DNA of 64,000 bases from Pseudomonadota bacterium (GTDB taxonomy: Bacteria; Bdellovibrionota_B; Oligoflexia; Silvanigrellales; Silvanigrellaceae), in the NCBI GenBank assembly GCA_039799905.1, contig JBDLRP010000042.1, forward strand, positions 46,728 to 110,727. Direction: 5' to 3'. Made by a program: the position numbers and the translations under genes. The notes beneath the pieces were generated by a model. That model was given only the letters and a program-made list of their open reading frames with translations, had not been told where the DNA came from and did no database searches. Every line of letters begins with the position of its first letter. The stretch's first letter is position 1. Positions 56,604-64,000 of this stretch are shown one piece after another.

Positions 56604-57764
56604 TTAGGGGTTTTCGCGCTTCCAACGATAGAGCGTATCGAAAACGAAAGCGTCGATCAGATTAGCACCGTTGCGCTCGCTGTCGGTGGTGTAATAACCG
56701 CCGGAAGCACCGTAAGTGTGAACTGCGCGAATGCTGCGGTAGCTGGGTGCAATGTATTTCCACATCATGGAGCCGCTGTGGCCGGGGTATGTGTCGCATG
56801 TGTGGGAAATCATGTCGCGCGAGTAGTCGAACGGTACGTTGGTGCAGTAGGAGCGCCACTCGGTTCCGTATGGCTTGTCTGCAGGGTAGCCCGACAAGTT
56901 CAGGTTGATGGATCTGTCAGCCGTATTGTAGCCGTATCCCATCCAACCAATTTTGTTGCCGACTGGCTCAGCCAAAACGATCATCGCCCAGTCGTAATCG
57001 CTGTTGTGATACTTGGTCCAGCCTTTTTTGGTCAGCGCAATTGCCCATGGGATGCGTCCATACGGGCGGGTTGAACCGTTTTGAGCCGGTGAGAAATCGA
57101 TGTTGCTATTCCATGTGTCGGTGTCTGTGTCGTAAACGCAATGTGCGGCTGTCAACACATGACGCGGACCGATGAGTGTTCCTGAGCAACCGAGCTCGAG
57201 GCGGCCAATCGTCCGGAATGGATACACGGTAGTGCCAGTCACCTGAGTGCGGGAGTCGGCTCCCAACACACTTTCCAGAGCGTCATCGCTGTTCTCGTCG
57301 TTTGGAACAGGTCCCGGAATCGGACGCGGCAGACGTCCACCCGGAGGCAGCGGCTGAGGGTTGTCGATCTTGATGCCATCTTGCGTTGGGATACCAGATG
57401 GCTCTTTGCCTGGAATACGGCCGATGCTCGGATCAAATGCATCTTCGTATCCAAGGAGAATTTTTGAAATAGCGCGCAGCTCTTCAGCAGACATCGTCTT
57501 GCTCAACTCGTAGCCAGTTGAGGTCACCGCAACAAGTTCGTTCATGTCGACGAATTCTTTTTCGTCACGGGGCTTGGCACTCGTAATGCGGGTTGGCTCG
57601 GTGACGTTGTCCCGCTGGATAAACTTTGCTGGCTGATTGTAACGGTAACCGAACTTCATCAGCTGACGGGCAAGTTTGTCTTCGGTCGGATTCGCAGTCG
57701 TCACAGCCGAAACAGAGAAAGCACCAATTCCCAAAAACACAGCAACAGACCTTAACGCACGCAT
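56604..57764 (-). CDS. Secreted V8/glutamyl-endopeptidase-like trypsin serine protease with propeptide
   Basis: Signal peptide; SVLGADSR, CSGTLIG..HVLTAAHC, DYDWA, GYP.DK, CDT.PGHSGS. Confidence 0.9.
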   Translation of the reverse strand: MRALRSVAVFLGIGAFSVSAVTTANPTEDKLARQLMKFGYRYNQPAKFIQRDNVTEPTRITSAKPRDEKEFVDMNELVAVTSTGYELSKTMSAEELRAISKILLGYEDAFDPSIGRIPGKEPSGIPTQDGIKIDNPQPLPPGGRLPRPIPGPVPNDENSDDALESVLGADSRTQVTGTTVYPFRTIGRLELGCSGTLIGPRHVLTAAHCVYDTDTDTWNSNIDFSPAQNGSTRPYGRIPWAIALTKKGWTKYHNSDYDWAMIVLAEPVGNKIGWMGYGYNTADRSINLNLSGYPADKPYGTEWRSYCTNVPFDYSRDMISHTCDTYPGHSGSMMWKYIAPSYRSIRAVHTYGASGGYYTTDSERNGANLIDAFVFDTLYRWKRENP

Positions 57765-57959
57765 AGAGGCTCCTCGGCAGGTTAATCAGTTGACGGGTAC
57801 AGATTTGAGGTGTGCCTACCGTCTGGTCATCATCTTGTCAAACGGACGTGTACAAACCTGAGTTGCAAATAGACAGAATTACAAGTCAACCTTAAGCTCA
57901 AAAGAGCGAAGCAAAGTTACGCAAAACAAATCGAAGACGCACTTTCGCCGAGGCGCCGC

Positions 57960-58562
57960 ATGCTCAAACTCATCTCGCCTGATTTTGTTTACCACAACAA
58001 ATTAGGCATTCATGAAAAAATCAAAAGTAAACTATTCGCAGATGCACTTAGAACATGTGTCAACAAGGCGGACGACTGGAATTGTGAGGTGCTCACCTCG
58101 CGCGGAGCAAGGGATGTAGATTACGGAGAGTTTCTATCGGCCTTCAAGCCGATTGTCGCGGACATGTGCTCGGCTATCGAGACACGCGGCAACGTCGAAT
58201 TGCGCATCGAATCCATTTGGATGAATCTCTACAACAAGGGCTCATGGCAGGAGCTGCACCATCATGCAACTCCGTTCAACAATCTGTCGTTCGTCTACTT
58301 CCTAAACTACAATCCACAAACAGACGGGCATTTCTTTTTCCTCAATGAACGCTCCAGCCACTATTCCGCAGCGGGTTTGCACAATGTGTTCAAACTCAGC
58401 GAGAACCTCAACATTGGCGAACTCAACCCATTCCCAGTTCAAGAGGGTGACGTCATAGTCTTCCCTAGCCATCTGCGACATGGGGTGACCATGCAGCGTG
58501 AAAACACCAACCGCTGCACACTGTCCGGAAATCTATTTATACTTCCGCAAGCGATGTCCTGA
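57960..58562 (+). CDS. Putative 2OG-Fe(II) oxygenase
   Basis: WMN.Y..G..QE.H.H, LS.VYF, EGD.I.FPS.L.H.V, R...S.N. Confidence 0.8.
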   Translation: MLKLISPDFVYHNKLGIHEKIKSKLFADALRTCVNKADDWNCEVLTSRGARDVDYGEFLSAFKPIVADMCSAIETRGNVELRIESIWMNLYNKGSWQELHHHATPFNNLSFVYFLNYNPQTDGHFFFLNERSSHYSAAGLHNVFKLSENLNIGELNPFPVQEGDVIVFPSHLRHGVTMQRENTNRCTLSGNLFILPQAMS

Positions 58563-58563
58563 C

Positions 58564-59376
58564 GTGCACCGGTTTGGTCAGTTCATCGGCATAGACTATT
58601 CAGGCGCAAAAGGCCCGAATCATTCTCTGACGGGCCTTAGAGTCTTCAGTGCACGAGGCTCAGGCGCACCTCAGCAAATCTTTTCTGATACGGCAAACGC
58701 AGGTGCACTTTGGAGTCGGGCACAGCTTGCTGAATGGCTCAGCGAGACTCTTATAAAAGCTCAAGAGCCTTGTCTTGTTGGCATAGATCATGCGTTCTCA
58801 TTCCCGGAAATCTATTTCAGCCATTACCGACTCGAAAACAACTGGGACTCTTTTTTGGATGACTTTTGCTTGCACTGGCCCTCCGACGAAAAGGGATCAA
58901 CGGTCCGCGAACTGCTTTTGTACAACCGCACACACGCTGAGGGCCGCATAGGTCAATCGCGGTGGCGGCGCTTGACAGAGCAGCATTCAAAGGGGGCGAA
59001 GTCAGTCTTTCATTTTTCTGTGCCCGGGTCAGTCGCTTCTTCAACGCACGCAGGAATTCCATGGCTCCGCTGGCTGCGACGGCACCCAGCGTTGCAAAAC
59101 AGGCTCCACTTCTGGCCTTTTGACGGCTGGATACCTGAGTTGCACACTCACGTCATTTCGGAGGTTTATCCATCAATCTGGAATAAGCAGTTCGAAAATA
59201 AGCAAAAAAGTCAAGATGAGCACGATGCATGGACTGTTTGCCGCGCCCTTCAGCTCGAATTTTCTGGAACTCAAGAAAGCCACTGGTTCACACCGCATCA
59301 TTGGAAAAACCACAGACTCAACGAGAGCCAACTGAGTATTGCGCGCTTCGAAGGCTGGATTCTCGGACTAGAATAA
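58564..59376 (+). CDS. Conserved hypothetical protein, DUF429-like RNase H-fold predicted nuclease
   Basis: FIGIDYSGA, LVGIDHAFSFP, R.TE, HFWPFDG, EVYP, DEHDA, EGWILG; GTG start 1 bp after the upstream stop. Confidence 0.65.
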   Translation: MHRFGQFIGIDYSGAKGPNHSLTGLRVFSARGSGAPQQIFSDTANAGALWSRAQLAEWLSETLIKAQEPCLVGIDHAFSFPEIYFSHYRLENNWDSFLDDFCLHWPSDEKGSTVRELLLYNRTHAEGRIGQSRWRRLTEQHSKGAKSVFHFSVPGSVASSTHAGIPWLRWLRRHPALQNRLHFWPFDGWIPELHTHVISEVYPSIWNKQFENKQKSQDEHDAWTVCRALQLEFSGTQESHWFTPHHWKNHRLNESQLSIARFEGWILGLE

Positions 59377-59427
59377 CCTTTACCCCAAATACAAACCGCA
59401 GCAATTCTCGACATCTGTCTCGATCAT

Positions 59428-59455
59428 TCAAGCTCGAGATAATCTTCTCCGACAA
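59428..59455 (+). promoter_or_regulatory. Putative sigma28-type promoter
   Basis: TCAAG-N15-TCCGACAA, 44 bp upstream of ATG 59500. Confidence 0.55.
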
Positions 59456-59499
59456 GTATTTTGAAAGTTGTGTGTCAACAACTTCATAAAGGAGAAAGA

Positions 59500-60111
59500 A
59501 TGATTCTTAGCAAGCAAGTCAAGTCTGTCCTCTTGTCTGTCGCATTTGTTTTTCTTGCAGCGTGCGGAAATAGCAAAAACAGCAACTTGAGCGCACAAAG
59601 CGCAGATGAAGTTTCTGTAGGCGAGGATTTGCTGTCAGAACTGGCCAGCGATGAAGAATTGGCATCACTTGGTCTCAAAAAGAAGCCTGTTGGACAAGTT
59701 GCCAAAGATAAAATTGCAGCAGGGAAAAAACAATCTGCCAGTGCTGCGAAGCGAGCAGCAAACGTTCAGAAGGCATTAGCTGATTTGCGTGCAGCACGAG
59801 CGCTACCGAGCAAAGGCCTTCTGCAGGCAAAAGCAAAATGCGACTCGCTTTCATCAGCAGTGGTTTTTCTCAAGTCAACAAACAGCCCTGGCATTCGCCC
59901 GTTTGATGGCTTGCGCACCCGCTTCCGACAAGCACTGGCTGCCGAACGTGCAGCGTTGCTCCAGGTGAACGGCATTACAAGCTGCGGTAAAGTGCGCAAT
60001 CTGGCAGCCTCCCTGCCTCCGACTGCACCCGTCATTCCTGCACCTTGCGACGAGGCTATTCCGGCGGTCGATCCAGCAGAACTCGCACCAATTCCTGCCA
60101 ACGAGATCTGA
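59500..60111 (+). CDS. Hypothetical basic lipoprotein
   Basis: AAGGAG RBS; lipobox LAAC; helical Lys/Ala-rich body and Pro-rich tail. Confidence 0.75.
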   Translation: MILSKQVKSVLLSVAFVFLAACGNSKNSNLSAQSADEVSVGEDLLSELASDEELASLGLKKKPVGQVAKDKIAAGKKQSASAAKRAANVQKALADLRAARALPSKGLLQAKAKCDSLSSAVVFLKSTNSPGIRPFDGLRTRFRQALAAERAALLQVNGITSCGKVRNLAASLPPTAPVIPAPCDEAIPAVDPAELAPIPANEI

Positions 60112-60166
60112 GACTGTAGAACTGAGCACCGACGGGCCTCCGTCGGATTCGCTCGTTCCTCAAAAC

Positions 60167-60208
60167 AACGCTCGGCCTGCCGAACATCGGCGGGCCGAGT
60201 TCGTTTTT
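60167..60208. terminator. Probable (bidirectional) terminator between convergent genes
   Basis: CTCGGCCTGCCGA-aca-TCGGCGGGCCGAG stem followed by TTCGTTTTT and preceded by an A-rich run. Confidence 0.7.
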
Positions 60209-60287
60209 GATTTACGAGCTCCAGCCGAGCTGCGATGACACGAAATATCAGAGGGGGTATGGCTCGTCACAAGCGGGATAAGTCGAC

Positions 60288-61811
60288 CTATTTACAAGCC
60301 TGAACTGCGGCTCCGGAAGCATTGCCACTCGCGATATCAGACTCTGAACTCACCTCAGGAAGTGGAGTGATGCTGGACCCACCTGATGTCGGCTCACCAT
60401 CCAGCGTCGAGAGAGTGGCTACTGGCAGAATTCCAAAGACCGTCAATAGCGAACCACTGTCCGATTTAATCAACTTCAGACGGTCTTTTCCATTTTCAAA
60501 ATTCAACATAATCGCCTGTGAATTGTACTTTTCGCTACTCAATTGTCCGAGCGAAGGATTGATGGCGGAAACAGCTCCCCAAGAGAGCCCAGTCTGATCA
60601 GATTTATCGTTGTACGACAAAGAGAAATAAGACTCTGGCCCGACTCCAAACAAACCTTTTGCAGAGGAGCCGGGAATCGTCTGCGGCACGCCGCCCTTCA
60701 CCCAACGGTTCCAAATCAGCCGCGACAGTTTCTCGATGTCGCAAACACTTTTGGCGTCGGTCATGTTGAGATCGATTTCTCCGATCGTCGAAAACGAACA
60801 AGCGATCACCGATTGATGGAGTTGTGCAAGCTCCGTGGGCGTTGCTATCGCTGCATCTGCGACAGCAGAGACAGCAGCGTATTCGCTTGGAAACGACTCT
60901 CTCAAACTCTTCAATATATCATCCCTGTAATCGCACAATGTTCTTGGTTCGATATCGCCACTTGCATCCCTCGGTTGTTGATCATCCGGAAGCGAACAGT
61001 GCTTTGGGTTCAGCCAGTAACCTATCCGTCGCAGGTGAGCGGGAACCTTTCCGGTAAACTGTCCAGTTTTCTCGCGCAGCCTCAGGACAGTCTTTTCACG
61101 TTCGTTCAATCCATTAAAAATAGCAGTTGAATGGGAGAGATTGGAATCGAATATTGTTTTCCACAGACTCTGGTACTTGGGTTGCACAGCAATTTTGCCC
61201 ACCAGCATGCGCAGTTCGTTCTTAGAGAAACATGCAATATTCTTTGTTCCTTGACCCATTTCCTGCGCAAATAATGCCGTCTGGTTTTTGCAGGGCTCAA
61301 CGCTATTCTCCGTTGCAGCAAAACTCCACCGACTCTTCTCAGAGGGAATCAGGTCCAACATCGGATCGTAACGCTGTGCCAACCTGTTGAGATTCAACAA
61401 ACCGTCGAATTCGATGGCGACTGGAAAGTATCCACCTTTGTGGTAAATCTGAAGAGTGTAACTTGAGTTTTTGAAATCATCGGATGCAACCGGAAACAGA
61501 CAGTGGGTTGCCGTATACACCTGAAGTCTGCTTGAATCTTCGCTTTCGGGTTTGAATTTCATAGTGCAGCGGCGGGTTTTCTCCTCGCCCTGTGGATTGT
61601 CCACTCGAACGTCGAGATATCCCACACCAAGAACTTCATCCTGAGCTGTCAAATCCAGAGTAGCAGGTTTGCTTGTTGGCGAAGTCTCACTTGTTTTCTT
61701 GCACGGAACAACTGCAACTGGCGCCTGACTACTGCAGCCACACAGCAGCGCGTAGCTCAGAACAGAAAATGTTCCCAAATTTTGTATGCTTGCCTTACTT
61801 CGCTTCATCAT
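60288..61811 (-). CDS. Trypsin-fold lipoprotein with large insertion (paralog B)
   Basis: Lipobox LCGC; RRC...YTATHC; KSDSGS; LSTLDGEPTSGGSSITPLPE; collinear with 48645-50153. Confidence 0.7.
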   Translation of the reverse strand: MMKRSKASIQNLGTFSVLSYALLCGCSSQAPVAVVPCKKTSETSPTSKPATLDLTAQDEVLGVGYLDVRVDNPQGEEKTRRCTMKFKPESEDSSRLQVYTATHCLFPVASDDFKNSSYTLQIYHKGGYFPVAIEFDGLLNLNRLAQRYDPMLDLIPSEKSRWSFAATENSVEPCKNQTALFAQEMGQGTKNIACFSKNELRMLVGKIAVQPKYQSLWKTIFDSNLSHSTAIFNGLNEREKTVLRLREKTGQFTGKVPAHLRRIGYWLNPKHCSLPDDQQPRDASGDIEPRTLCDYRDDILKSLRESFPSEYAAVSAVADAAIATPTELAQLHQSVIACSFSTIGEIDLNMTDAKSVCDIEKLSRLIWNRWVKGGVPQTIPGSSAKGLFGVGPESYFSLSYNDKSDQTGLSWGAVSAINPSLGQLSSEKYNSQAIMLNFENGKDRLKLIKSDSGSLLTVFGILPVATLSTLDGEPTSGGSSITPLPEVSSESDIASGNASGAAVQACK

Positions 61812-61981
61812 ATGTGAACTTATCGGAAACACGACTCTAAAAAATCAACTCAATCTCATCCAAAGCAAGCACAGCGACGCGTGCGTTCAAATGCTGGTCG
61901 ACCGGATTCAAGCTCAACCGCTCTGAAACAGTTAAATTAAGCAAATGTAAAGTCAGATGATGACAGTGTTTTTCGGTTTAA

Positions 61982-62010
61982 TTAACAAATTTTATCAATT
62001 ACTCCGATAA
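61982..62010 (+). promoter_or_regulatory. Possible sigma28-type promoter
   Basis: TTAAC-N16-TCCGATAA, 38 bp upstream of ATG 62049. Confidence 0.4.
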
Positions 62011-62048
62011 TATTTTGATGGTTTTTTGCAAATTCAAAGGAAAATAAA

Positions 62049-63146
62049 ATGAAGTTTGTAAAATATTTCTTGCTGTCATCGGCTTTCGCAATGACCTCCT
62101 GCGGCAAAACAAACGACAGCGAAACGGCAGGCTGGGGCGTCAAAGCTGCGGCGTTTACCTCGAACGTCGTGAACGTCTGCTGGGAAAATAGAAGCCAATC
62201 CGACTTGGACCTCAAACCACTGAGAGCCATTTACTCGCGGTTTGCTCAATCGCAATTTGCAAGAACCCGCCTTTCGCTGGTGGGATGGAGCGACTGCGGA
62301 AACCCTGGCAAGACAAACGAAATTAGGATTACTTGGTGGGATGTAGGCGAGGAAACTCCGGAAACTAACGGTCAGAGCGATATTGGACGACTCAAAATTC
62401 CTGGTTACAAGTCAGAGTTATTCAAGCTCCCGCAGATTGTGCCTTCCAAGTTTAAGGCAGCACCAACCTTGGCACTTAACAGCCACAGTCTCGTTACATT
62501 TGCAAAGTCTCTCGGTGAAAATGCCGCCATTGACACAATGGCTTCAACCCTACTGCATGAACTCGGCCACGCCGTGGGGCTCTTGCACGAACACGCGCAC
62601 CCAAACAAACCGCAAAACGGATGCGAAATTCCAACTGAAGATTTTCAGACGCACATGAGACTTTGGGCGAACGTCGACGCCCTGCAGGCCCTTTATGACA
62701 ACGCGGTAGGAACACAGGAATATGATCCGCGCTCAGTGATGAATTATTGTCATTTAAGAAACAATCGTGGCCGTCTTGTTACGCTGAGCAACGCTGACGT
62801 TGAAACAATCAACGCGCTCTATTCGAGGGGTGGGTTGCCGCCTCCCCCGAAACCATCACAGCCATCACAGCCTTCGCAGCCTTCGCAGCCTTCGCAGCCT
62901 TCGCAGCCCGCTCCGGTCTTTTCGGCCATTGCACCGGCAGGTGCATGTCAGGCAGCGGCAGCTGTTGACGACTGGCTGCCTCAGCTGGTCTTTGCAAACG
63001 GTCAGCCAGTCTTCGTTTGCGAAGACATCATGAAACTCGGATATGCCCCAGTGATTGCTTGTCGCAATTCATTCGACACCAAATCCTGCACAGTCACAAT
63101 GTATGAGTACATCCGGGGTCAATTTGTGAAAAACAGATATCTGTAA
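62049..63146 (+). CDS. Metzincin zinc metalloprotease lipoprotein (astacin/matrixin-like)
   Basis: Lipobox MTSC; HELGHAVGLLHEH (HExxHxxGxxH); YDP.SVMNY Met-turn; LS..D...IN.LY; PSQ linker and a Cys-rich C-terminal domain. Confidence 0.88.
   Translation: MKFVKYFLLSSAFAMTSCGKTNDSETAGWGVKAAAFTSNVVNVCWENRSQSDLDLKPLRAIYSRFAQSQFARTRLSLVGWSDCGNPGKTNEIRITWWDVGEETPETNGQSDIGRLKIPGYKSELFKLPQIVPSKFKAAPTLALNSHSLVTFAKSLGENAAIDTMASTLLHELGHAVGLLHEHAHPNKPQNGCEIPTEDFQTHMRLWANVDALQALYDNAVGTQEYDPRSVMNYCHLRNNRGRLVTLSNADVETINALYSRGGLPPPPKPSQPSQPSQPSQPSQPSQPAPVFSAIAPAGACQAAAAVDDWLPQLVFANGQPVFVCEDIMKLGYAPVIACRNSFDTKSCTVTMYEYIRGQFVKNRYL
62853..62906 (+). repeat. 9-bp tandem repeat x6 encoding a (PSQ)6 linker
   Basis: CCATCACAG x2 followed by CCTTCGCAG x4. 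Confidence 0.95.
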
Positions 63147-63150
63147 CGCG

Positions 63151-63771
63151 TTACTGAGCTAGCTCAAGCCAGATCTCATTGCGCCTGAGAAACCACAGCT
63201 GCCAAGGCGAATTGAATCTGGCGAACGAAGGCTCGCCTTTTTCTTTGAGATTTTCGCGAGCCAATGCCGCTTTAAATAAAGCCAATTTCTCGTTGAAGCG
63301 CTTCTCCGACCACGACCCCGAATATGTATAAACGGCCAGCCGACGCGCTGGAATTTCTTTGATGACGACGCGCGGATCGTTGGGAACGGGAAGGGTCTGC
63401 ATGGTGTATTTGGCCGGCATGGTAAATTGCACCGTGTAGCCGTTCTCGCCACCCGACTGAATTACGGGTGCGGTCATTGCGATTTTTTCAGACTGCGCGG
63501 GCTTTTGTATAACCGGCGATGTCATGCTGATTTCGCTCTTTGCCGAATTGTTGCCAAAAATAAAATCTGCCAGAACGCGGAATGCCTTATTACCAGCGTC
63601 AGCAAACTCTTCTTTAACCTCTGTTTGTGCGACCAGAATGGGTCCATAAGAACGGACCTCAAATTCTTTGTAAACCGTTTTCTCGATCACGACAGGTTCC
63701 TCAATGGCTGAAGCCTGTGTCACATACAAGAGTACGGCCGCGACGCTCGAAACTATGACCGAGAATTTCAT
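63151..63771 (-). CDS. SOUL family heme-binding protein, secreted
   Basis: Signal peptide then AIEEP; FEVR.Y; AF..LA.FIFG.N, I.MTAPV, F.MP..Y....LP.P.D..V, RRNE. Confidence 0.9.
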   Translation of the reverse strand: MKFSVIVSSVAAVLLYVTQASAIEEPVVIEKTVYKEFEVRSYGPILVAQTEVKEEFADAGNKAFRVLADFIFGNNSAKSEISMTSPVIQKPAQSEKIAMTAPVIQSGGENGYTVQFTMPAKYTMQTLPVPNDPRVVIKEIPARRLAVYTYSGSWSEKRFNEKLALFKAALARENLKEKGEPSFARFNSPWQLWFLRRNEIWLELAQ

Positions 63772-63879
63772 GTTGAATCCCTTGTTTTAAAACATTCATC
63801 AGGCACAAATGAACGACCAATGGCTGAAATAGTAAAATTGACGGAAAAAAAACTCTGCAATTATCGTAACAGAGCGATC

Positions 63880-63914
63880 AAAAAAATCCCCGAGGGATTT
63901 CTCCCTCGGGGATT
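63880..63914 (-). terminator. Rho-independent terminator of the rRNA operon
   Basis: AATCCCCGAGGGA-gaaa-TCCCTCGGGGATT followed by a T-run on the minus strand, just downstream of 5S. Confidence 0.85.
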
Positions 63915-63925
63915 CAGAATAAAAA

Positions 63926-64000
63926 GGCTGCACCGAGCTACTCTCCCACAGTTAAAACTGCAGTACCATTGCCGCAGGCGGGCTTGACTTCGGAGTTCGG
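63926..64000 (-). rRNA. rrf: 5S rRNA, 3' portion (truncated by the window edge)
   Basis: Minus strand CCGAACTCCGAAGTCAAGC...GGCAATGGTACTGCAG...CTGTGGGAGAGTAG...GCAGCC matches the conserved 5S loop C and loop E motifs. Confidence 0.93.

Overview
A gene-dense bacterial chromosomal segment. The inferred source is a Bdellovibrionota/Oligoflexia-like organism, based on the many orphan secreted lipoproteins, secreted hydrolases and sigma28-like promoters; no marker search was run. Housekeeping genes include gltX, an M16 zinc protease, ppc, mutL-miaA, a FadD-type acyl-CoA ligase, an AddB/AddA-type helicase-nuclease pair, an RlhA-type U32 protein with a chorismate mutase, a Kef-type antiporter, ung, and the 3' end of a 5S rRNA at the right edge. 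The main candidate for an undescribed system is at 28.4-44.6 kb: two tandem paralogous ~2,080-aa lipoproteins. Each has a ~1,270-residue coiled-coil stalk of apparently identical length, a Cys-containing head that holds the only visible indels, and a C-terminal Ca2+-binding module resembling the Neisseria FrpC self-processing ('clip-and-link') module, but with Ser-Pro in place of the reactive Asp-Pro. Both paralogs and several other secreted-protein genes are preceded by sigma28 (FliA)-like promoters. Other notable items: a perfect 19-bp direct repeat bracketing ppc, a chorismate mutase translationally coupled to a prephenate-dependent U32 hydroxylase, two paralogous trypsin-fold lipoproteins with ~200-aa insertions, a divergent SGNH-like hydrolase, and a rifampicin-phosphotransferase/PigC-architecture dikinase overlapping a membrane-anchored beta-propeller gene. 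No CRISPR array, tRNA, transposase or integrase was seen. All family calls come from motif recognition by eye.
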